From: Candidatus Woesearchaeota archaeon
GTDB lineage: Archaea > Nanobdellota > Nanobdellia > Pacearchaeales > GW2011-AR1
Direction of reading: 5' to 3'
Assembly (NCBI GenBank): GCA_964466855.1
Contig: CAYXOE010000002.1
Span: 1 to 33,593 of the forward strand
DNA length: 33,593 nucleotides
In this document: positions 25,500-32,782 of the stretch, piece by piece
Position numbering within the stretch: the first letter of the stretch is position 1
Layout: each line of letters opens with the position of its first letter
The notes under the pieces: generated by a model
What the model was told of the DNA's origin: nothing
Seen by the model: only the letters and a program-made list of their open reading frames with translations
Databases searched by the model: none
Made by a program: the position numbers and the translations under genes

Positions 25500-25787
25500 T
25501 TACTCGATTGAAAAGCCCATTCTTTCAAGAACTGGCTTGATTCTCTTAAAGTGGTCTCCTTGAAGCTCTACGGAATTTCCATGGTAAGTTCCGCCGCAGG
25601 CAAGTTCATTCTTCAGGTCTTTTGCAACCTTTTTGATGTCTACGCCCTTGTCGAAACCGGATACAACGGTGACTACTTTTCCGTACTTCTTCTTGTCAAG
25701 AGCCACCCGGATTTTTTGTCCGGCCTTAACAATCTGTTCACAAACGCATGCCTCTAAAGGCAATCCGCATTTTGGACATATATTCAT
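25500..25787 (-). CDS. sui1: Translation initiation factor aSUI1 (eIF1 homolog)
   Basis: 95 aa with 'ICPKCGLPLEACVCE' and '...ACGGTYHGNSVELQGDH'. It occupies the typical slot after uL29. Confidence 0.9.
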   Translation of the reverse strand: MNICPKCGLPLEACVCEQIVKAGQKIRVALDKKKYGKVVTVVSGFDKGVDIKKVAKDLKNELACGGTYHGNSVELQGDHFKRIKPVLERMGFSIE

Positions 25788-25788
25788 T

Positions 25789-25956
25789 TTATTTGTTGAG
25801 TGTGAGTATTTGGGCTATTGCTTTCCTGATATTTTTAATTTTTGAGTTCCCGCCCTTTGAAGTGCTGATCTTTGCCTTAACTAATTCTAATTTTAATTCT
25901 TTAAGTTTCATTTCCTTCTCTTCTTTGCTCATATTTTTTAATTTTCCAGTTTTCAT
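25789..25956 (-). CDS. rpl29: 50S ribosomal protein uL29
   Basis: Not in the ORF track because it is under 60 aa. My hand translation gives MKTGKLKNMSKEEKEMKLKELKLELVKAKISTSKGGNSKIKNIRKAIAQILTLNK. ATGA overlap with the uS3 stop, and its TAA lies 1 nt before the sui1 ATG. Confidence 0.85.
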   Translation of the reverse strand: MKTGKLKNMSKEEKEMKLKELKLELVKAKISTSKGGNSKIKNIRKAIAQILTLNK

Positions 25957-26627
25957 TTTTTATTCCTTTTGACTTTTACTTTTGGTTTTTCCGTTTCTTT
26001 AAATTGCGCATTTGTTTTTAATTTTTCAATTAATTCATTGTTGATTATGATTTTATCAGTAAGTTTAGCATCAGGGGCGAGAATTGCAACTTTTACTCCA
26101 ACAGTTCCCGGCCTTGTCTCTGCACGCGATTGTGCTCTATCAACAACTTTCGCGCTGTCTCCTGTTTTTTTCAAATAACCCTGTGCGAATCTCCAAGGAC
26201 GTGCCCTTGCACCGGGAAGTTTTCCGCTCAGTCTGATTTCAGCTCCGAGAGCTTTTGCATCAATTATTTTTTGCAAGGTTCTGTATGCAATCACCTTGAA
26301 TCTCAATGGCCCGAATTTTTCCAATCCCAACGCAATATCATCAGCTGTAATCTGCGCATCAAATTCAGGATGTTTTATTTCTTCAATTTCAAGATGTGGA
26401 TTTTCAAGCTTGAATCTTGTTTTTAATATTCTCGTTAATTCATCTATTCTTTCCCCGCCCCTTCCGATTACCAATCCTGTTTTATGTGTTGATATTATTA
26501 TTTTTTCGCCGACAGGGGTATATTCTATTTTGACTTTGCTGACTTTTCCGCGTCCAACTGATTCTTTTATAAATTCTCTTATAGCAAATTCATCTTTCTT
26601 GAATTTTACAACATTTTTTTCTTCCAT
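25953..26627 (-). CDS. rps3: 30S ribosomal protein uS3
   Basis: A KH domain ('IIISTHKTGLVIGRGGERIDELT') plus the uS3 C-terminal domain. A GAGGTGAT SD lies 8 nt upstream. Confidence 0.95.
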   Translation of the reverse strand: MEEKNVVKFKKDEFAIREFIKESVGRGKVSKVKIEYTPVGEKIIISTHKTGLVIGRGGERIDELTRILKTRFKLENPHLEIEEIKHPEFDAQITADDIALGLEKFGPLRFKVIAYRTLQKIIDAKALGAEIRLSGKLPGARARPWRFAQGYLKKTGDSAKVVDRAQSRAETRPGTVGVKVAILAPDAKLTDKIIINNELIEKLKTNAQFKETEKPKVKVKRNKK

Positions 26628-26628
26628 T

Positions 26629-27252
26629 TTATGCTATCACCTCTTTTTTCGTCATTAATTTATCGCGATAATCATGGCGCGCATGAGATTTAAGTTCTTT
26701 CTCATTATTAATTTCCTTTTCTTTGATTTCTTTTTTTGCCTTGCTCTTGGATATTATTTTTATATGTGTTCTTTTTCTTTTTATAGCTCCAAGTTGCCCA
26801 TAAGGCCTTTCACCAATATTTGCAATTGCACGAACAATAATCGGTTCTTCAATTCCATTGACATTTGAATTCCCCGCCAAGGTTTTTAATAATTTAATGA
26901 AATGCTCCGCCGCATTTTTTGGATATCTCCCTGCCATCATATTTTTACCTTTTCTGTGAGGAATCTCTCCTTTCATTGGGACTGCTTTTTTCTGTGCAAT
27001 AACGTCTTCCAAATCTTCTATTGCTTTGTCGATGTTTTTGTTTTTTATGAATCTGCATACAGCAGCACTTGTTTTTGCTGAAAGATGAGCATTGAAAGAG
27101 TTTACAACAGCTTCGCTCTTCGGCTTCTTTTTAATTTCTTTTTTGATTTTCTCTTCTTTAACTTCTTTATCTTTCTCTGTTTCATGATGTTCATGATTTT
27201 CATGGGCATCACTACGAACTTCTTCTTTTTTCTCTTCTGTTTTTTCTTCCAT
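26629..27252 (-). CDS. rpl22: 50S ribosomal protein uL22 with N- and C-terminal extensions
   Basis: The core 'AHLSAKTSAAVCRFIKNKNIDKAIEDLEDVI...PMK' begins near residue 48. It is preceded by a Glu/Lys/His-rich tail. A GAGGTGAT SD lies 9 nt upstream of ATG 27252. Confidence 0.92.
   Translation of the reverse strand: MEEKTEEKKEEVRSDAHENHEHHETEKDKEVKEEKIKKEIKKKPKSEAVVNSFNAHLSAKTSAAVCRFIKNKNIDKAIEDLEDVIAQKKAVPMKGEIPHRKGKNMMAGRYPKNAAEHFIKLLKTLAGNSNVNGIEEPIIVRAIANIGERPYGQLGAIKRKRTHIKIISKSKAKKEIKEKEINNEKELKSHARHDYRDKLMTKKEVIA
26636..26643 (-). promoter_or_regulatory. Shine-Dalgarno GAGGTGAT for uS3
   Basis: atcacctc on the plus strand gives an 8-nt complement to the canonical 16S 3' end, 8 nt before ATG 26627. 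Confidence 0.7.
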
Positions 27253-27261
27253 TATTATGAT

Positions 27262-27269
27262 ATCACCTC
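27262..27269 (-). promoter_or_regulatory. Shine-Dalgarno GAGGTGAT for uL22
   Basis: atcacctc on the plus strand, 9 nt before ATG 27252. It supports the long N-terminal extension being translated. Confidence 0.7.
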
Positions 27270-27366
27270 TTTTTCTTTTAGATTATAACGTTCGCAATAA
27301 TCGGGACGCGAATTATGCCTTATTTTTTCATTATTTCTCGCAGTATCCGCAAATTTATTTTTCATT

Positions 27367-27777
27367 TTACTTCTTAGCCTGGAATTTGCTTCCTTTGGTT
27401 GCTCCAACTCCCGCGGTTCCGTGTTTAACTTTTTGTCTTGTTAATGCAAATTCGCCTAATCTGTGCCCCAGCATATTCCAGGTAATGTCAATAGGAACAA
27501 AATTTTTTCCATCATGAATATGAATTTTCATTCCCACCATCTTTGGGACAATTACTAAATTTCTGCTGTGAGTTCTTACAGATTTATTTTTTTTAATTTT
27601 CTTGTTGGCTCTTGCAATAAATTTATCAATTTCATTAAATTGTCTTAAAACAGCCCGCCTTTGTCGCGCTTTCAAGAACTTTGCAAATTCTCTTATTTCC
27701 AAATTATTCAATTCGTCGGGAGTTTTGCCTCTGAACAAAAATTCTTTTTTCTTAATATCCGTTTTTTGTTCTGCCAT
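27367..27777 (-). CDS. rps19: 30S ribosomal protein uS19
   Basis: 'IVPKMVGMKIHIHDGKNFVPIDITWNMLGHRLGEFALTR' is the uS19 core. Confidence 0.95.
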   Translation of the reverse strand: MAEQKTDIKKKEFLFRGKTPDELNNLEIREFAKFLKARQRRAVLRQFNEIDKFIARANKKIKKNKSVRTHSRNLVIVPKMVGMKIHIHDGKNFVPIDITWNMLGHRLGEFALTRQKVKHGTAGVGATKGSKFQAKK

Positions 27778-28479
27778 TTATTTTTTCCTCCCCGTCCGTT
27801 TGGGTCTCAATGTACCAACTTTTCTTCCAGGAGGAGCATTTCTCTTTGCAATTTTGCTTTTTGGATTCTTTCCCCTTCCCGAACCGAAGTAGTGATCGAC
27901 TGCATTTACTTTAAGGGCAGAAGTTTTAGGCCAGATTCGCCCGCCTTTTGATTTTTTAATATAAAATTGTTTTCCTGCTTTGACAATTGGTTTTTCCAAC
28001 CGTCCTGCCCCAGCAATAATGCCGATGATTGCTCTGCAATTACCATCAAATTCTTTTTCTTCTTTGGAAGGCATTAGTACAAAAACCCTCTTGCCAATTA
28101 CTTTGCTTATTGTTCCGTGGCTGCCCGCTGTTTTTATAAAAATTCCTCCGTCGCCAGGACAAGACTCAATTGCATAGATTTGAGTCTTTACAGGAATGTC
28201 TTTTAATTTTAAAATATTTCCTGGATTGTTTTCCATCTTGTCAAAATAGATTTTTTGCCCTTCAATCATTCCGTTGAATGCAGGAATATAAAATATTCCT
28301 TTTTCATATTTTATTTTTGCAAGCGGCGCAGAATGTGCAAGTGAATTTAATAATTTCAGGACAATTCCTTCACCTTTAAGTTGGCTCGGATATTGCAATC
28401 TATATCTGAACGCCTGCCTTCTGACTCTGTATGAAAGGCTTCCATGTCCCCGCGCCTGTTGAATTATTCGTTTTCCCAT
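27778..28479 (-). CDS. rpl2: 50S ribosomal protein uL2
   Basis: 'GKRIIQQARGHGS' and 'NAVDHYFGSGRGK' match the uL2 signatures. Confidence 0.95.
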   Translation of the reverse strand: MGKRIIQQARGHGSLSYRVRRQAFRYRLQYPSQLKGEGIVLKLLNSLAHSAPLAKIKYEKGIFYIPAFNGMIEGQKIYFDKMENNPGNILKLKDIPVKTQIYAIESCPGDGGIFIKTAGSHGTISKVIGKRVFVLMPSKEEKEFDGNCRAIIGIIAGAGRLEKPIVKAGKQFYIKKSKGGRIWPKTSALKVNAVDHYFGSGRGKNPKSKIAKRNAPPGRKVGTLRPKRTGRKK

Positions 28480-28483
28480 ATCA

Positions 28484-28747
28484 TTATATTAATCCGAGCT
28501 TCGTTGCAACGTCGATTGCAGGATATTTTGGATTTAATTTAACATAAGCATATTTTTTGCTGTCTCGGTTCATGACTCTTATTTTTTCGACTTTTACATC
28601 GAAAAGTTCTTCAATCTCTTTCTTAATTTGTTTCTTGCTTGTTCCCAATTCCATTTTGAAAGTCAAAACATTCTGGGATTCAATAAGCATGACTGCTTTT
28701 TCAGTAACGAGTGGTTTCAATTGTATTATTTTTATTTTATTTTTCAT
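28484..28747 (-). CDS. rpl23: 50S ribosomal protein uL23
   Basis: 87 aa with 'KPLVTEKAVMLIESQNVLTFKMELGTSKKQIKKEIEELFDVKVEKI', the uL23 fold. Confidence 0.93.
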   Translation of the reverse strand: MKNKIKIIQLKPLVTEKAVMLIESQNVLTFKMELGTSKKQIKKEIEELFDVKVEKIRVMNRDSKKYAYVKLNPKYPAIDVATKLGLI

Positions 28748-29540
28748 TCAATCTTTCCTCCAAATCTTTAATTGCCTTTTCGGTGTAAAGAGTCAATCTT
28801 CCAAAGCCCCCGCCTGCCAAATCATTAATACTTAATTCATTAGAATGTTTTACATCAAATATTCTTAAGTTAAGAACTTCATTTTTTCCAAGGACAATAA
28901 GCAAGCCAGCATTTTTTCTGTATTTTCTTCCTCTTAATTTTCCTCTTCCGCTTCTGACTTTTTTCTGGGGTATGGCAATCTTGAAAAGTTTTGCACCGAG
29001 AATATTCTTAATACCAGAAATTAACTCTTTTGTTTTTTTGAATTTTAATTCAGATACAATTATTGGTAAATGATTTTCAATTTTTTCATCGCTGAGATTT
29101 GCATATTTCTTTTTCAATTCCTGAACATTCGCTGTTGAGCTTAATGCAGAAACAAATGCTATTTTCATTTCTTTTTTGTTTATTTTTGGGAGTTCAATCA
29201 TTGACAAAATTTTTGGGGGATGCGCTCGCATTCCGCCTCTTGCGCTTGGAATTTCAGCAGCCTCCCAATTGAATCGTTCACCTCTTCGCGACATGATTTT
29301 TCTTGGAACACGGGATATTCCTTTTCCATAACCGCTTCTCCAAACTTTCCTTCTGTGAACAACTTTTCCACGAGCAGCATGCTGCTTTCCTGCAACAGGT
29401 GAAGGTTCATATGGTTGTTTCTTTTTTCTTGCTTCCAAAACTTTTGAAATTATATCATCTCTAATTTGTGCAGAAAAGAAATGAGGCAATTCGATTTCCT
29501 TTATTTTTTCTCCGTTATGATTTAATACTGGGGTTTTCAT
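28737..29540 (-). CDS. rpl4: 50S ribosomal protein uL4
   Basis: 267 aa with 'AGKQHAARGKVVHRRKVWRSGYGKGISRVPR', the archaeal uL4 loop region. Confidence 0.95.
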   Translation of the reverse strand: MKTPVLNHNGEKIKEIELPHFFSAQIRDDIISKVLEARKKKQPYEPSPVAGKQHAARGKVVHRRKVWRSGYGKGISRVPRKIMSRRGERFNWEAAEIPSARGGMRAHPPKILSMIELPKINKKEMKIAFVSALSSTANVQELKKKYANLSDEKIENHLPIIVSELKFKKTKELISGIKNILGAKLFKIAIPQKKVRSGRGKLRGRKYRKNAGLLIVLGKNEVLNLRIFDVKHSNELSINDLAGGGFGRLTLYTEKAIKDLEERLNEK

Positions 29541-29541
29541 T

Positions 29542-30510
29542 TTATCTCAACTCCAAAAGCTGGAAATCTTTTTTCGCTTGTTTTTTAGTTTCTCTGAACG
29601 AAGGCGTGATTAGCAATTGCCTTTTTGCAGGACCAGGAACAGAACCTCTAACTAATACGTAATCGGTTTTCACGTTGCCAAAATTTTTTATATTTTTAAG
29701 AGAAGTTGTAGAATTCAGGTTTTGTTTTTCAGAATTTCCTAAATCAACTATTTTACTGTTGTAAACAACACGTGTGAACATTCCCATTTGTCCTGCCATT
29801 GGCGCTCTGAATGTAACTCGTGCAGGATGCCACGGGCCCAGACTTCCCGGTCTTCTTTGTCCTTTTTCAGATTTGTGTGATTTGAGTGTTATTCCAAATC
29901 TTTTGACAGGGCCTTGCAAACCCTTGCCTTTTGTCAACCCTCTGACATCAATTAATTTCCCCTTTTCAAAAATATCCGAAACAGAAATTTCTTTGTGCAA
30001 ATTGGCTTTTATGAAATCCAATTTTTCATCAATGTTTCCGACAAGGGAAACCTCAATCATATCCGGAGTTTTTTTTATTCCTGTTTTTTTCACAAGAGAA
30101 TAAATCACAACCCGCAAATCATCATATTCGTGTGCTTTTTCGAGATGCTCATGCCCGATTTCTTTCTTTGGGATTCTTATAATCTTCTTCAATTCCTTGT
30201 CTAAGTTTTTTGCAAGGACTTCTTTTGCAACTTTTCCATCTTTATAAAATCGGACTGAAAATATTTTTGCTTTTGGGCATTCAAGTATTGTCAATGGGAC
30301 AATTATTTTTTTTCCTTTTGTCATGGAATCAGGAGTATTGTCAACTGCAAAACCGGAAACCATTCCTGCCTTGTAGACAATAAAACCCCTCAAGCCTTTT
30401 GTAGAATCCTTTTTTATTGCGCTCCAGTTCACACTAGGCAAAAATTTACTGGCTCGCTTTCGCGGCCAAAACTGCAAACTTCCACTTCGTGGTGTTTTCG
30501 GTGCGGTCAT
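29542..30510 (-). CDS. rpl3: 50S ribosomal protein uL3
   Basis: 322 aa with 'PRSGSLQFWPRKRA', 'FIVYKAGM' and 'TKGKGLQGPVKRFG'. It is the first cistron of the superoperon. Confidence 0.95.
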   Translation of the reverse strand: MTAPKTPRSGSLQFWPRKRASKFLPSVNWSAIKKDSTKGLRGFIVYKAGMVSGFAVDNTPDSMTKGKKIIVPLTILECPKAKIFSVRFYKDGKVAKEVLAKNLDKELKKIIRIPKKEIGHEHLEKAHEYDDLRVVIYSLVKKTGIKKTPDMIEVSLVGNIDEKLDFIKANLHKEISVSDIFEKGKLIDVRGLTKGKGLQGPVKRFGITLKSHKSEKGQRRPGSLGPWHPARVTFRAPMAGQMGMFTRVVYNSKIVDLGNSEKQNLNSTTSLKNIKNFGNVKTDYVLVRGSVPGPAKRQLLITPSFRETKKQAKKDFQLLELR

Positions 30511-30533
30511 TTCTCATTAAATTAGCAGAGAAC

Positions 30534-30541
30534 ATTTTAAA
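30534..30541 (-). promoter_or_regulatory. Candidate TATA box TTTAAAAT for the uL3-led superoperon
   Basis: 23 nt upstream of ATG 30510 with no SD in between, which fits a leaderless first cistron. Confidence 0.5.
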
Positions 30542-30586
30542 CCCTGGAATATATTTTAAGAGAAAACCGGCTTTTTAAAGGTTTTT

Positions 30587-31294
30587 CTAGGCTTCAAACT
30601 CAACTTCCTTCCTTATTTTTTCCCCGTCAATTTCAGCCTCTCGGATTATTTTTCCTTTCCTTTTTGATTCTTCTCTTATTAACAAGAAATCATCTGTTTT
30701 TTTCAAATGCTCTGGAATTTCTATCGAATCAATAACAAAAATATGCGCTATGTCTGCTTTTTTGAAATTCTGTTTTTCAAAAATAAAATCCTTTCCTAGA
30801 TTTTCATCGGTTGTAATCAGCTTGCAAAAATCAGCTTTCGGTTTTTCATCAGTCTTATTTTTCGGCTTAGCGGATTTTGGGGCTTTTGCCTTTATTTTCA
30901 GCTCTGTCTCATCTGTTTTGAAACTTAATCCGAAAAAAGCTTTTGGGAATTCTTCGACTAATTTAATTATTTCATGTCCGCTCATTTCTTTATCAATTGA
31001 ATAATTTTTGACTCCTTGGAATTGTTTTTTGCTGCTGAAATCTAATTTCCCTGTCAAATCTGCCGTTGAAATTATCCCCCCCGTAACTTTTGTTTTTCTC
31101 TCACCCAATTTTTTTGCAACTTCAAGAACAAGTTCATTTGCAAATTCAGGACTTGTTGAAATTGTATATTTATTTCCTGTTTTTTTTGCACTGATTAATG
31201 CCCTGTCTTTGAAAATCCCTCGTGAGAATTTTTGAAATTGGAGATGAACAAGATTGTCTGTTTTGTGTTCAAAAATTTTTTCAATGAAATTCAT
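30587..31294 (-). CDS. Hypothetical two-domain protein (235 aa) with a Lys/Pro-rich linker
   Basis: Long clean ORF with its own TATA-like element. The linker is 'KAKAPKSAKPKNKTDEKPKADF'. I recognise no family motif. Confidence 0.6.
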   Translation of the reverse strand: MNFIEKIFEHKTDNLVHLQFQKFSRGIFKDRALISAKKTGNKYTISTSPEFANELVLEVAKKLGERKTKVTGGIISTADLTGKLDFSSKKQFQGVKNYSIDKEMSGHEIIKLVEEFPKAFFGLSFKTDETELKIKAKAPKSAKPKNKTDEKPKADFCKLITTDENLGKDFIFEKQNFKKADIAHIFVIDSIEIPEHLKKTDDFLLIREESKRKGKIIREAEIDGEKIRKEVEFEA

Positions 31295-31315
31295 ATTGTT
31301 AAATACAAAACTATT

Positions 31316-31323
31316 CTTTTAAA
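31316..31323 (-). promoter_or_regulatory. Candidate TATA box TTTAAAAG for the 235-aa gene
   Basis: 21 nt upstream of ATG 31294. Confidence 0.45.
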
Positions 31324-31330
31324 TTTAATT

Positions 31331-31346
31331 CCCCGAAAAATCGGGG
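31331..31346. other. GC-rich stem-loop CCCCGA-AAAA-TCGGGG followed by a T-tract
   Basis: A perfect 6-bp stem with a 4-nt loop. It is the only GC-rich element in the 148-nt divergent intergenic region and is followed by tttcttttt. Confidence 0.5.
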
Positions 31347-31366
31347 TTTCTTTTTAGGAAGCCTAA

Positions 31367-31389
31367 TTTTTTCTTTAGAAAAGAAAAAA
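31367..31389. repeat. Perfect 10-bp inverted repeat TTTTTTCTTT-aga-AAAGAAAAAA
   Basis: The arms at 31367-31376 and 31380-31389 are fully complementary, including the single C:G pair. Confidence 0.45.
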
Positions 31390-31405
31390 ATGGCATCTAT
31401 AAAAC

Positions 31406-31413
31406 TTTATAAA
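31406..31413 (+). promoter_or_regulatory. Candidate TATA box TTTATAAA for the AI-2E permease gene
   Basis: 29 nt upstream of ATG 31443, slightly longer spacing than the other candidates. Confidence 0.35.
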
Positions 31414-31442
31414 TTTGTATCGTCTCTTAAAAATACACAAAG

Positions 31443-32474
31443 ATGGAAAAAAGTTATCTTAATGAAATTATTACCGTCGCTGTTCTTGTAGTTCTCTCAA
31501 TACTTGCATTTCTTTTATTAAAACCAATTTTAATGTCAATCATTTTTGGCTTTGTTTTAGTTTTTATTTTCGCACCTGTGTATAATTTTCTTTACAAAAA
31601 GATCAAATCAAAAAATTTGACAGCAATGCTGATGACTATTTTATTGATTATCATAATTGTTGCCCCATTGATTTTTGCAATCCCTTTTCTTGTAGATCAG
31701 ACAGTAAAAATTTTTACCTTTGCACAACAAATAGATTTTATAAAAATTTTTGATGTAATCTTTCCTTCTTTAAAAGGTTCTGGTGCATTGGCTGCACAAA
31801 TTGATTTGGTTCTCCGTTCTTTTATAACAAACCTTACGTCGGGCATGATTAATTCTGTCTCAAATTTCATAATTAATCTTCCTGTTACTTTATTGCAGCT
31901 TACCGTCGTTGTCTTTACATTCTTTTTTGTTATCAGAGATAAGAGTGATTTTATAGAATATTTGAAAACTATTCTTCCATTTTCAAAAGAAGTGCAGGAT
32001 AGATTATTGAAAGCAACGAAAGATGTGACTATCTCTGTTCTTTACGGGCAGATTATAATTGGATTTGTTCAAGGCCTGGTTGCTGGTTTGGGATTTTTCC
32101 TCTTTGGCGCTCCAAGTGCATTGTTGTTTATGATTTTGGCAATCCTGGCGGGGGTATTGCCTATTGTCGGCCCATCTATAGTTTGGATACCGATGGCTAT
32201 TTATCTTCTTGCAACAGGAAACAGTATTTCAGCACTGGGGGTAATAATTTTCGGAATCGCATCAATTATTGTTGATAACATTTTAAGACCTGTTGTTGTC
32301 GCAAAACGGGCAATGATGAATTCCCTTCTTGCATTGCTTGGAACAATCGGCGGTTTAATCTTTTTTGGTGTTATTGGATTGATTCTAGGCCCTCTCATAA
32401 TTGCTTATTTAATTATTTTCATAGAAGTCTACAGAAATAAAAGATTGTCGGGATTATTGATAAAACCAGAATAA
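31443..32474 (+). CDS. AI-2E (PerM/UPF0118) family transporter
   Basis: 343 aa with about 8 TM helices. The C-terminal 'VDNILRPVVVAKRAMMNSLLALLGTIGGLIFFGVIGLILGPLI' matches the family signature. Confidence 0.75.
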   Translation: MEKSYLNEIITVAVLVVLSILAFLLLKPILMSIIFGFVLVFIFAPVYNFLYKKIKSKNLTAMLMTILLIIIIVAPLIFAIPFLVDQTVKIFTFAQQIDFIKIFDVIFPSLKGSGALAAQIDLVLRSFITNLTSGMINSVSNFIINLPVTLLQLTVVVFTFFFVIRDKSDFIEYLKTILPFSKEVQDRLLKATKDVTISVLYGQIIIGFVQGLVAGLGFFLFGAPSALLFMILAILAGVLPIVGPSIVWIPMAIYLLATGNSISALGVIIFGIASIIVDNILRPVVVAKRAMMNSLLALLGTIGGLIFFGVIGLILGPLIIAYLIIFIEVYRNKRLSGLLIKPE

Positions 32475-32479
32475 AATAA

Positions 32480-32487
32480 TTTTTAAA
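32480..32487 (+). promoter_or_regulatory. Candidate TATA box TTTTTAAA for the 90-aa gene
   Basis: 21 nt upstream of ATG 32509. Confidence 0.4.
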
Positions 32488-32508
32488 GTTCTGATATATG
32501 GCTTTTTT

Positions 32509-32781
32509 ATGGCGGAAGGTCGAAGGGATCTGATTGAACATTTAAAGCGTGCTCTTGCAAAAGGATACAAAGAAGATTCGTTAAGATGGGCTTTGCTTGG
32601 ACAAGGATATTCTGATGCAATTATTGATAGAGCAATGAAGCAGGCAATAAATGAATTATCCGCAGAAGAAAAAGCCCGATTCGAAAAAGAGCGGCCGAAA
32701 ATAACATATAAAATATATGACGAGAATAACAGGCAAGTAAACAAAGAATCTTTCTGGAAAAAGTGGTTCGGGAAATATTGA
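32509..32781 (+). CDS. Hypothetical small helical protein (90 aa)
   Basis: Balanced soluble-protein composition ('KGYKEDSLRWALLGQGYSDAIIDRAMKQAI') and a correctly spaced TATA-like element. Preferred over the overlapping antisense 116-aa ORF. Confidence 0.5.
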   Translation: MAEGRRDLIEHLKRALAKGYKEDSLRWALLGQGYSDAIIDRAMKQAINELSAEEKARFEKERPKITYKIYDENNRQVNKESFWKKWFGKY

Positions 32782-32782
32782 A

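Noticed and set aside
25500-25787. aSUI1 embedded in the r-protein operon, considered as a possible insertion.
   Set aside because: This is the normal archaeal position for SUI1 between uL29 and uS17, so it is not an anomaly.
27276-27365. 29-codon basic ORF (MKNKFADTARNNEKIRHNSRPDYCERYNL) starting 1 nt after the uS19 stop.
   Set aside because: It is too short to separate from chance and has no SD. It resembles no known small r-protein that I can recall. I kept it only as a note under the spacer finding.
2108-31082. Numerous C5-C7 (G5-G7 on the coding strand) runs. Examples are 2108-2114, 2536-2542, 3173-3178, 8230-8235, 17734-17740 and 31076-31082.
   Set aside because: They correspond to in-frame GGG-GGG (Gly-Gly) or similar codons. 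They also occur in housekeeping genes such as secY, so they most likely reflect codon preference. Only the exceptional G9 tract at 4895-4903 was promoted to a finding.
21159-31235. Many 60-142-aa plus-strand ORFs across the ribosomal operon. Examples are 21159-21533, 22404-22703, 23335-23658, 24625-25053, 26296-26658, 27602-27951, 28557-28835, 29774-30103 and 30750-31235.
   Set aside because: All are antisense to r-protein or neighbouring genes with unmistakable signatures. Their translations are Phe/Leu/Ser/Ile-rich, as expected from reverse-complemented Lys/Glu-rich AT-rich genes. None has a promoter-like element or SD.
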